A DNA stretch of 55,890 nt from contig JAFWIY010000021.1 of the NCBI GenBank assembly GCA_017514675.1, forward strand, positions 1-55,890. The letters are read 5' to 3'. The notes below the pieces were generated by a model. The model had not been told where the DNA came from. It worked only from the letters and a program-made list of their open reading frames with translations, and ran no database searches. The first letter of the stretch is position 1, and each line of letters begins with the position of its first letter. This document shows, in pieces, positions 29,988 through 38,221 of this stretch. The translations under genes and the position numbers were made by a program. The DNA comes from Candidatus Saccharimonadota bacterium. Its GTDB lineage: Bacteria > Patescibacteriota > Saccharimonadia > Saccharimonadales > Saccharimonadaceae.

Positions 29988-31778
29988 TTGATGCAAAAAT
30001 TTAGTAGCGTAGTAGTAGCGGCAACTCTCGCCGGCCTATCTCTTGTTTCTTTTCTGATTCTCAGCTCTTCGCCTACCTCCGCCACCACCTCCTCTGCCAC
30101 CGCTTCGGTAATAGTGCCGGTGTCTTGTAATCTATCTACTAATATAGACTCTGCCCATAGCGCTACTATTAATAATGGTACTTATAAAGATAATATAGGA
30201 AAAACTACATTAAAAGTAGTATGTAATGACAACTCTGGTTTTTCTATCTATGCAGTAGGCTATTCTAACGACACCTTTGGCAATAATAAACTAGTCGCTA
30301 ATGTAGGCGGCAGCCTTAGTCCTACTAATGATATAGTAACTGGTACATCTACAAGCGGTAATACTTCCAACTGGGCGATGAAGATTACTCCCATTGCGGG
30401 TACTTATTCTCCTACTGTCGGTAGTGATACAAATGGTTCATTTGCTAACTATCACATAGTACCAGACAAATATGCAAGAATTGCTACCTTTAACTCTACT
30501 ACTGATGCTACCATCGGCTCTTCTATTGAAGCTACCTACATGGCCTATGTTTCTGGTACTCAACCAGCTGGTACTTATACAGGCAAAGTAAAGTACACTA
30601 TGGTACACCCTGCTAGTGAAGTACCCTTGCAACCTAGAGATGCTACACCTAGATGTATCTCTTACTGGCCGAATGCAAGCGGAGTGGTAGATAGCATGGC
30701 AGATGACTGTAATTCTGGACCAAGTGGTGGTGGTTATGGTAATAATGCTTATGTAGATGCACTCTGGGCCTCTAATTTTAAGCGCCCAGGCTACGGCTTC
30801 GTAGGCTGGAGTGATAAATTTGACTGGGTCTTAAACGAGAATGATGCAAATGGTAATGGTACTGGACCAAACGAAGGCTACCATATCTACGGCCCCAATG
30901 CTACTATTACACTAGGCGATATGTCTAAAGGCCTATCGCTCTACGCAGTCTGGGCCAAGAGTAACGGCAACCTCCAAGGCTGGAACTATTGTAGTGCTCT
31001 AGGCACCGGCAAAGTCACCGCCCTTACAGACCAGCGCGATGGCAATACCTACGCCGTAGCCAAACTCGCCGATGGCAAATGCTGGATGATAGAAAACCTC
31101 CGCCTCGCCGATCAAACCCCAACCGGCACTACCATAGAACTCACCACCAACAACACTAATAATCCTCTCAATAATGGCACAAGTGTAACATTAAAGAATA
31201 CAGACAGCACTACTACTAACCACCTCTCTGTCTCCACCAATCCTACCACCACGGCTTGGTGTACTAGCTATAATTCCGCCTGTTTTGATCAATCTATGCT
31301 CTATACTGGCAATACCACTAACCCTGCAACCAATATGTCTCAAGCCACAGGCCAAAATATCTACTCCTATGGCAACTACTACAACTGGTATTCTGCTACA
31401 GCCGGCAATGGTACATACTCTAAATATTCTGGTAATACCGAAGGCGACATTTGTCCTGCCGGCTGGCATCTACCTACCGGCGACACTGGCGGCGAATTTA
31501 GCGCTTTAGATACTGCTATAGGCGGCACCGGTGCTTATCAGGGTACTACTGAAGCTTCTCAGCGTTGGCGCAAATTCCCCAATAACTTTGTCTACTCGGG
31601 CGACGCGTACGGCTCTACTGTCGGCAATCAGGGTAGCGTCGGCGGCTATTGGTCGTCTACGGCGAACTATAGCTACTACGCGTACTATCTGTACTTCGGC
31701 AGTAGCTACGTGAGCCCGGGTACCAGCAGCTACAGCAAGTACGTCGGGTTTATGGCTAGGTGCGTTTTGGGTTCGTAG
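29988..31778 (+). CDS. secreted FISUMP-domain surface protein (WxL-like N-domain, InlB-B-like repeat, C-terminal FISUMP)
   Basis: signal peptide, QPAGTYTGKVKYT, NFKRPGYGFVGWS, DQRDGNTY..LADGKCWMIENL, YGNYYNW, ICPAGWHLPT, YWSST, ARCV. Confidence 0.85.
   Translation: MMQKFSSVVVAATLAGLSLVSFLILSSSPTSATTSSATASVIVPVSCNLSTNIDSAHSATINNGTYKDNIGKTTLKVVCNDNSGFSIYAVGYSNDTFGNNKLVANVGGSLSPTNDIVTGTSTSGNTSNWAMKITPIAGTYSPTVGSDTNGSFANYHIVPDKYARIATFNSTTDATIGSSIEATYMAYVSGTQPAGTYTGKVKYTMVHPASEVPLQPRDATPRCISYWPNASGVVDSMADDCNSGPSGGGYGNNAYVDALWASNFKRPGYGFVGWSDKFDWVLNENDANGNGTGPNEGYHIYGPNATITLGDMSKGLSLYAVWAKSNGNLQGWNYCSALGTGKVTALTDQRDGNTYAVAKLADGKCWMIENLRLADQTPTGTTIELTTNNTNNPLNNGTSVTLKNTDSTTTNHLSVSTNPTTTAWCTSYNSACFDQSMLYTGNTTNPATNMSQATGQNIYSYGNYYNWYSATAGNGTYSKYSGNTEGDICPAGWHLPTGDTGGEFSALDTAIGGTGAYQGTTEASQRWRKFPNNFVYSGDAYGSTVGNQGSVGGYWSSTANYSYYAYYLYFGSSYVSPGTSSYSKYVGFMARCVLGS
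31575..31778 (+). other. candidate DGR variable region
   Basis: none of the last 67 sense codons ends in A; dense TAC/AGC/GGC/GAC/AAC codons between fixed A-free codons (TCG, GCG, CCG, CTG). Confidence 0.7.
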
Positions 31779-31806
31779 TTCGTTTTCTTCAAGAGCCCTG
31801 CAGAAC

Positions 31807-31838
31807 GCTCAAGGGTTTGCGAAGCAAACACCTTGAGC
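31807..31838 (+). promoter_or_regulatory. hairpin with GAA loop after the variable region (candidate DGR target-recognition hairpin)
   Basis: GCTCAAGG-GTTTGC-GAA-GCAAAC-A-CCTTGAGC, 28 nt after the stop, no following T-run. Confidence 0.6.
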
Positions 31839-31882
31839 AGCCCACCCTTCCTAGCCCCTCAAAGGTAATTTTCATCGCTCTC

Positions 31883-31910
31883 TTGTGTATTTTGTCCATT
31901 GTGCTATAAT
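31883..31910 (+). promoter_or_regulatory. sigma70 promoter for antisense RNA B
   Basis: TTGTGT-16nt-TATAAT with extended -10 TG. Confidence 0.72.
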
Positions 31911-31915
31911 TAAAT

Positions 31916-31989
31916 CATAAAGAAAAGCGCCTCTAGGAAGCACTTTTCAAGGGTTGGTCTGTTAGGCTTTATTGTCTAACAGATTTTTT
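31916..31989 (+). ncRNA. candidate antisense RNA B
   Basis: AATCATAAAG start, first hairpin with CTAG, terminator TCTGTTAGGC/GTCTAACAGA-TTTTTT. Confidence 0.62.
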
Positions 31990-32049
31990 ACTTCGTCGTT
32001 TATTCCTTTTTGGAAAGATGATACACAAGAAATTAATCTGTATAGTCAT
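31969..32049 (-). CDS. 26 aa peptide B, MTIQINFLCIIFPKRNKRRSKKSVRQ (candidate type I toxin)
   Basis: SD GAGAGGTG; minus-strand promoter TTGTAA-18nt-TATAAT (32200-32171); terminator 31922-31948; hydrophobic N-terminus with basic tail. Confidence 0.62.
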   Translation of the reverse strand: MTIQINFLCIIFPKRNKRRSKKSVRQ

Positions 32050-32353
32050 TTTCACCTCTCTAACTAGGGCAACTTTACTGCCTAGAACAGCGTTTAGTGA
32101 GCCCTCGGTCACTCACGAACTTAAGCTCGCGTGCTTTTTACCCACTAACCTCCGAAGCCAACCCGCCGCTATTATAGGCATATCTTAACAAAAATTACAA
32201 CCCCCCTAATCCAAAAATTCGCCAAACCCAATTTTACCCCTGTAAAACAGCCAACTCGCTTGCGCTTATCTCTAACCGCAAGTATTTTCATTTCCGCTTT
32301 TTGCGGCTTAAGTGGGGTTGTAATTTCGCTTTGTCCGTGATAGTGTTGCTGAT

Positions 32354-32767
32354 ATGAAAAATAACCCAAGACCATACAAGAAGGGCACCATTATTTGCGA
32401 AGATGGCGCCAAACCAAAGCCGCACGAAAAAATCACCGCTAGAGCCTTGGCAGATGCTGGTTATATTATACGGTTTATTCCGAGCAGCACAGTCATAGGT
32501 ATGGCTGATTGTTATATTAATAATACGATTTTTGAAATTAAGGCACCTGAGGGTAAAACTACGGACTGTATTGAGCGTAATTTGCGAAAAGCTATCGATC
32601 ATCAGTCATCTAATATAGTGTTGGATGCTTTTAGGATGAAAGGAACGAAAGATGAGAACATACAGAGTTTCTTAAAGACTAGATTAAGTATGAAGCACGG
32701 CATACAGCGTATTATCTTTATAAATCGCAAACGCCAAGCTATTGACATAAATAAGCTTATCAGATAA
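32354..32767 (+). CDS. stand-alone PD-(D/E)XK nuclease, CdiA C-terminal tRNase-like
   Basis: PHE, ADCYINNTIFEIKAP, IERNLRKA..QSSNIVLD; family assigned from recalled motif pattern. Confidence 0.6.
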   Translation: MKNNPRPYKKGTIICEDGAKPKPHEKITARALADAGYIIRFIPSSTVIGMADCYINNTIFEIKAPEGKTTDCIERNLRKAIDHQSSNIVLDAFRMKGTKDENIQSFLKTRLSMKHGIQRIIFINRKRQAIDINKLIR

Positions 32768-32776
32768 AATATAAGT

Positions 32777-32827
32777 ATTGAAGTTCACGAGGGCGAAGCA
32801 TTCGCTGAGACGGGAACTTCTTTTTTT
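32777..32827 (+). ncRNA. candidate ~50 nt structured RNA
   Basis: promoter TTGACA(32742)-17nt-TAAAAT(32765); GAAGTTC/GAACTTC stem enclosing GCGAA-GCA-TTCGC; T-run. Confidence 0.55.
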
Positions 32828-32879
32828 GTAGATTAACAGACAGTTTGAGATTTCCCCCCACATAGCATATAATATCCTT

Positions 32880-33608
32880 ATGGAAACCAAAGTTTTTGAC
32901 CGAATTGAGAAAAAATACCTCATTACCAAAAAAGACCAGACTAAACTCCGCAAAATCATCAAGGAGCACATGGACAAAGACAAATATCACCAGTCCGAAG
33001 TCTTCAATCTCTATTTTGATACTGATAGTTACGACTTTATTATTCAGTCCATTGATCAGCCCAATTTCAAAGAAAAACTTCGCGCCCGCTCATACGGTGG
33101 CTACAACCGCGTGTTTCTAGAAATCAAAACCAAACTCCGCGCCAAAGATGATGCCAACATCGGCTACAAGCGCCGCGTTATGATTACCCAGCAGGATTTT
33201 GATGACCTCGTAGCTAGAAAAGCCACCGCTACCGAGCTCGCCAGCCGCCAAATGGAAAAGTCCACCGACCACCAAATCGCGAAAGAAGTTGACTACTTTA
33301 TAGAGCATTTCAATCTAACCCCCAAAATCTTAGTCCACTATAGCCGCGAGAGTTACAAAGGTCCCAACAATCTCCGCATTACCTTTGATGAAAAGCTCAA
33401 ATATCGCCACCAAAATCTCGGGTTTTTTTCAGCAAAAAGTGATAAAATATACTTTAAGGATAAGAAAAATATCATCATGGAAATCAAGGCCCACGGCGCC
33501 TTTCCACTATGGCTAGTAGAACTACTTAGCAAAAATCACATTTATCCTCAAAGATTTAGCAAAATTGGCCATATTTATACAAGATTAAGAAAGGAGAACC
33601 ATGTTTAA
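32880..33608 (+). CDS. VTC (polyphosphate polymerase-like) domain protein
   Basis: RIEKKY, LYFDT, KLRARSY, FLEIKTK, LRITFD, IMEIK, FSK. Confidence 0.88.
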   Translation: METKVFDRIEKKYLITKKDQTKLRKIIKEHMDKDKYHQSEVFNLYFDTDSYDFIIQSIDQPNFKEKLRARSYGGYNRVFLEIKTKLRAKDDANIGYKRRVMITQQDFDDLVARKATATELASRQMEKSTDHQIAKEVDYFIEHFNLTPKILVHYSRESYKGPNNLRITFDEKLKYRHQNLGFFSAKSDKIYFKDKKNIIMEIKAHGAFPLWLVELLSKNHIYPQRFSKIGHIYTRLRKENHV

Positions 33609-34272
33609 CACCATCTTTGATATTACCGCCACCGGACTGTCAATTCAGACCGGCCTCATCTGTGCCGCAGCAGCGCTCTTGCTCGGCGTAGTCATTGCCT
33701 ATACCCACAAAAAGACCTCCGAAACCAACAAAGGCTTCCTAGTTACCCTTGCCACCCTGCCACTTCTAGTCATGGCGGTCATGATTATGATCAACGGCAA
33801 CCTCGGCACTTCTATCGCCATTCTCGGCGCCTTCTCGCTGATTCGTTTCCGTTCCCTGCAAGGCCACGCCAAAGAGCTCTTGTCTGTGTTCTTTGCGATG
33901 ATGATTGGTCTTGCTTGCGGTATGGGCCATATTCTCTTTGGCGCAGTTATTACTATTATTGCCGTTATTGCGATTTTCTTCTTTACCTACACCAATTTTC
34001 TCTCGCCAGACCAAAACCGCAAAGTCCTCAAAATCGTAATTCCAGAAGATTTGGACTACGATGATGTCTTTGCCGACATCTTCAAAAAATACACCACACG
34101 CGCCGAGCTCACCCGCATGAAAACTATGAATATGGGTAGCCTCTACAAGCTCACTTACGACATTACCTTAAAATCCGGCGCCAAACCCAAAGAATTTCTT
34201 GATGAAATCCGCGTCAAAAACAGCAATCTCAAAGTCTTACTCTCTCAGCCCATCTGCGAAGAGGAGGTCTAG
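33601..34272 (+). CDS. DUF4956 membrane protein
   Basis: NGNLGTSIAILGAFSLIRFRS, GLACGMG; usual partner of VTC genes. Confidence 0.88.
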   Translation: MFNTIFDITATGLSIQTGLICAAAALLLGVVIAYTHKKTSETNKGFLVTLATLPLLVMAVMIMINGNLGTSIAILGAFSLIRFRSLQGHAKELLSVFFAMMIGLACGMGHILFGAVITIIAVIAIFFFTYTNFLSPDQNRKVLKIVIPEDLDYDDVFADIFKKYTTRAELTRMKTMNMGSLYKLTYDITLKSGAKPKEFLDEIRVKNSNLKVLLSQPICEEEV

Positions 34273-35840
34273 TGAAACAAAAATTTGATAAAACAGCGCT
34301 CATCATGGTGGCGCTGCTCATAGTAGTTTTAATCGGCGCCATCATTTTAAATCGTTATCACGAAGCCAAAGATTCTTCTAAGCTACTTGGAACTATTAGC
34401 CTAGACAATGGCGATGAGAAGATTGACTGGGGCCGCTACCCCACCACAGATATCGCTCTCTCAGAGAGTTACACTATTTCGCGCCCAGGCGCCTATCATT
34501 TTACCGGCAAAATTAGCGATGGTCTTATATCTATCAAAGTATCAAAAGATGAACCGGTCAAGATTATTCTAGACCATGTTAGTATTAAAAACACCAAAGG
34601 CCCCGCTATTCATTGCGCCGAGGCCGATGATCTCGTGATTGAACTAATCGGCGAAAATACCCTAGAAGATGCCGAAAACTACGACACTACTTACGATGCC
34701 GACACCAAAGGCGTGGTTTCTTCCAAATCCGACACCACTTTCATGGGTGATGGCTCGCTTACTATTATTAGCCACAAAGAAGATGGCATTATCGCCAAAG
34801 ATGACCTCAAATTCATCTCTGGCACCTACTATATTTCGGCTGCTGACGACGCTATTCGTGGCAAAGACTCTGTCTATATCAAAAACGGCCACTTCAATCT
34901 AACGGCCGGCGCTGACACTATCAAATCTACCAACCAATACGATGCCGGCAAGGGCTTCGTGGTCATAGAAAACGGCGAATTCAACCTAGAAGCCGGTGCC
35001 AAAGGCATCAAAGCTATTAGCAGCATTCTTATCTATGATGGCAAGTATCAATTGCAGACTTACGATGACGCCATCCATACCGATAACTACATCGGCATTT
35101 CCGGTGGCGAATTTGAGATTCATTCTGGCGATGATGGTATTCACGCCAACAAAGAACTCATTATTGATGGCGGTAAAATCAGCATTCTAAAAGCCTACGA
35201 AGGCTTGGAAGCCCAAGTTGTTACGATTAACGGCGGCGATATATCTATACTAGCCCTAGATGACGGTATCAATGCTGGTGGTGGCGCCGACTCTTCTGCT
35301 ACCAACCGCAAAGGCGCGGGCGCTTTTGATGCCGACCTAAGCTGTAAACTCACAATCAACGGCGGCAAACTATATGTTAACTCCGCCGGCGATGGCATAG
35401 ATAGTAACGGCTATTTATATTTTAATGGTGGCAATGTCGTAGTAGATGGCCCCACCAATAACGGCAACGGTGCTCTTGATTCCGGTTCCGGCATTACCAT
35501 GACCGGCGGCAAAGTTGTAGCTGTCGGGACTAGCTCTATGGCAGTCAACCTTGGCCAAAAATCCACTATTTATAATATCAGCGTATATTTCTCGGACTTG
35601 TTAGCCAAAAACACTGTCATTGAGGTCAAAAACCCCGCCGGCGACAATATTATTTCTCACACTTCCGCCAAAACTTTCAGTCATCTCGCCGCCGGCTCCG
35701 ACCAGTTCATCCTCGGCGAAACTTATTCTATCTACCTAAATGGCGAAAAATACCAGGCCTTCACCATTTCCGGCATTGTTACCACTATCGGCGATACAGG
35801 CACATCCCCACAGCAAGGCCCACCACCGGCCCGCCCCTAA
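34272..35840 (+). CDS. Cthe_2159-type carbohydrate-binding beta-helix protein
   Basis: TM anchor; repeated DDAIH/DDGIH/DDGIN/GDGIDSNG; GPTNNGNGALD. Confidence 0.85.
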   Translation: MKQKFDKTALIMVALLIVVLIGAIILNRYHEAKDSSKLLGTISLDNGDEKIDWGRYPTTDIALSESYTISRPGAYHFTGKISDGLISIKVSKDEPVKIILDHVSIKNTKGPAIHCAEADDLVIELIGENTLEDAENYDTTYDADTKGVVSSKSDTTFMGDGSLTIISHKEDGIIAKDDLKFISGTYYISAADDAIRGKDSVYIKNGHFNLTAGADTIKSTNQYDAGKGFVVIENGEFNLEAGAKGIKAISSILIYDGKYQLQTYDDAIHTDNYIGISGGEFEIHSGDDGIHANKELIIDGGKISILKAYEGLEAQVVTINGGDISILALDDGINAGGGADSSATNRKGAGAFDADLSCKLTINGGKLYVNSAGDGIDSNGYLYFNGGNVVVDGPTNNGNGALDSGSGITMTGGKVVAVGTSSMAVNLGQKSTIYNISVYFSDLLAKNTVIEVKNPAGDNIISHTSAKTFSHLAAGSDQFILGETYSIYLNGEKYQAFTISGIVTTIGDTGTSPQQGPPPARP

Positions 35841-36757
35841 ACCGCATTTTCTAATCTAGTTGCCAAATCTCTTATTTTAGTAAACGAAATATTGTTTGTC
35901 ATCACTACTACAATGAAATGCCGATCTTGTTCCGGGAATTCAACTATCGCCGCATCGTGGTAAATATCCCAACTTCTGCCATTGTAAAGCCACCCCACCT
36001 TGTTATAAACATTGACCGCTTCCGAAAATCCACTCGGCAGCCCTTGTCGCCAATTGTAAGTTGTAATAGGTTGATTCAACATTGAATCTTTCATCGCTGC
36101 GACCAATACTGCATCTGTAATATCTGGGTGCTCATAATAAAGTTTCATCATTTTGGTAATATCCGTGGCGTTTGATAGCAAACTAGAAATCGCTGAGTCG
36201 GTAATATTATAGTCATTTACGATAATATCATCTAGATCGCCATGCCCCATCCATGCCCACAAAGTTTCTGCACAGGGCGAGTTAGATTCACGAATAGCTA
36301 GATCCAGACATTTTTCTACCGTATACCCAGTTGAGCCAACGCTTGCATCTTTGTCCCACTCGCCACTATTTACCCGCCTATACCCCTCATACACCACAAA
36401 CAATTTATAAAGTGAAGCGGTATTATAATTTTGCTCAGCATTATAAGTCGCCGCAACTTCATCACGCTCTAAATCATAAATTACTATGCTCTTAGTTCCG
36501 CCAACTGTATTTACCCACTCATCAACTATTGTTTGAAAGTCAATTTCTTCCGGCAAATTATCTATTGGTACTTCTTCTATCTCTACCATTGATTCAACTG
36601 CAAATTCTTCTACCGACTGCTCTTTTTCTGGCAGCGGCCGCATCATTAGCGGAATGATTAGGACAAATGTCACAGTCAGCGTTAATAATAAACCGAAATA
36701 CACTATGCGGCCTTCTCTTACTATGGCCTTGCGTTCACTAATCGGTTCAAGAACCAT
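35837..36757 (-). CDS. class A beta-lactamase-like serine hydrolase
   Basis: TASLYK (SxxK), ESNS, NKVG, HDAAIV; N-terminal TM; start uncertain. Confidence 0.8.
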   Translation of the reverse strand: MVLEPISERKAIVREGRIVYFGLLLTLTVTFVLIIPLMMRPLPEKEQSVEEFAVESMVEIEEVPIDNLPEEIDFQTIVDEWVNTVGGTKSIVIYDLERDEVAATYNAEQNYNTASLYKLFVVYEGYRRVNSGEWDKDASVGSTGYTVEKCLDLAIRESNSPCAETLWAWMGHGDLDDIIVNDYNITDSAISSLLSNATDITKMMKLYYEHPDITDAVLVAAMKDSMLNQPITTYNWRQGLPSGFSEAVNVYNKVGWLYNGRSWDIYHDAAIVEFPEQDRHFIVVVMTNNISFTKIRDLATRLENAV

Positions 36758-38184
36758 TCCGAAGTCTCCCTGTTCATTAACTCGGTTTGCATATTCTCAT
36801 CATAAACGGTGGGAAAGATCCGAGTTTGAACTAATTTATTATTATAAAAGTAGTGTACCAAAATCAAACTTCTCGTAGTCCCAGGCCACCAAACCTGGTC
36901 AAAGAATATATTACCGAGTCCATAAAATATCTCACCGTCACCATATAATTCATAAGTCTGCGGCTGGTGTGCTGAGGTTCCCACCACCACGTCAGCGCCG
37001 AGATCAATCAAGTGCCGGAATAATCCAACTTGATCACCCGCAGCCGAATCGGCCGCATCGCAAGTAGTATCCTCGCTAGCCGTATCATAAAAAATACACT
37101 CATTATATTGGACATCCACTATCACCGTATCTCCACGTGTTTTAGCTGCTGCAATCTCGCTTGCGGCGTTTTCTTCATTATACGGATTAGCGCCAGGCGT
37201 AGTATCATAAGTCTGACCCCCGGTAGATTGATTATAAGCAAGCATCGTGATCTTATTTCCCTTTTCGGAAATTTTAAGCGGCTTTCTTGCTTCTTCTAAA
37301 GTTTTACCGCCACCCACAATGCGAATATTCTTCTCGTTATACATATCAATCGTACGCCTAGCATCTTCATCTCCGCAATCCTGGTTATGATTGCCAGTTA
37401 GCTCTACGATATCTAGACCTATCGCAATTAATGTATCCATAAATCTATCGTCCGAGCAAATATTACTGGAGCTAGCATAACTAGAAAATGATGATTCATT
37501 TGATGTATGTGTTAGATCAAAGTCAGACAAAAATTCGCCGATTCCCTCTGCAAAGTATGCGCCATTTCCTACCGCGTTTAATTTTTTATGCATCCCGCGC
37601 GAAAGCGCGGTTACACCGGTCTGGGCAAAAGTCAAAGTGTTGTCAGCCTCTGGCCGACTATTTAACGCTAATCCTTCAACTAGCGGTGCGATTTCCTCTT
37701 CAAAGGCTTCAGACTGAAACTTAATCACCCGAAACACCGCTCCGGCTACAAAATCATCTAAGAAATACTTATCGTTAATCTTCAATAATTTTTTGGAAAA
37801 GTCTAATTCCTCAAAATCAATTAACCCATATTCACTCACCAATAATTCATCAGCCGCCCGCACTTCAATATTATCTATCGGATTATAAAAATCCGTAATC
37901 GGTACTTTGATGCTCACTAAAATTTCGTTATCCACCGTAGGAACTTCTAATTTATCCATTGCCGAAACTGTCACATCACACTCTAGCTTTAACTCGTTCG
38001 TAAAGATAGCCTCTAGTTCACTAATTTCGCTTTCGCTTAAACTTTCATCATAGTAAACTTTGCCGTAAACCTTAAAAATCCCAGTCTTTGTGATAAACGC
38101 AACCAAGAAAAATGTTAAGACTGCAATAACGGCGACCACTAATATTAATAATAATGGTTTTTTACCTCGCCTTCTAATTTCCAT
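36721..38184 (-). CDS. CapA/PGA_cap family metallophosphatase
   Basis: LTGNHNQDCG, GADVVVGTSAHQPQ, YGLGNIFFDQ. Confidence 0.85.
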   Translation of the reverse strand: MEIRRRGKKPLLLILVVAVIAVLTFFLVAFITKTGIFKVYGKVYYDESLSESEISELEAIFTNELKLECDVTVSAMDKLEVPTVDNEILVSIKVPITDFYNPIDNIEVRAADELLVSEYGLIDFEELDFSKKLLKINDKYFLDDFVAGAVFRVIKFQSEAFEEEIAPLVEGLALNSRPEADNTLTFAQTGVTALSRGMHKKLNAVGNGAYFAEGIGEFLSDFDLTHTSNESSFSSYASSSNICSDDRFMDTLIAIGLDIVELTGNHNQDCGDEDARRTIDMYNEKNIRIVGGGKTLEEARKPLKISEKGNKITMLAYNQSTGGQTYDTTPGANPYNEENAASEIAAAKTRGDTVIVDVQYNECIFYDTASEDTTCDAADSAAGDQVGLFRHLIDLGADVVVGTSAHQPQTYELYGDGEIFYGLGNIFFDQVWWPGTTRSLILVHYFYNNKLVQTRIFPTVYDENMQTELMNRETSEWFLNRLVNARP

Positions 38185-38221
38185 AACTCTATTGTATCAC
38201 ATCTCATGTTATAATAAAGTT

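Noticed and set aside
32880-35840. VTC-DUF4956-Cthe_2159 operon as a novel system
   Set aside because: It is a known, widespread gene trio in gut Firmicutes and Actinobacteria
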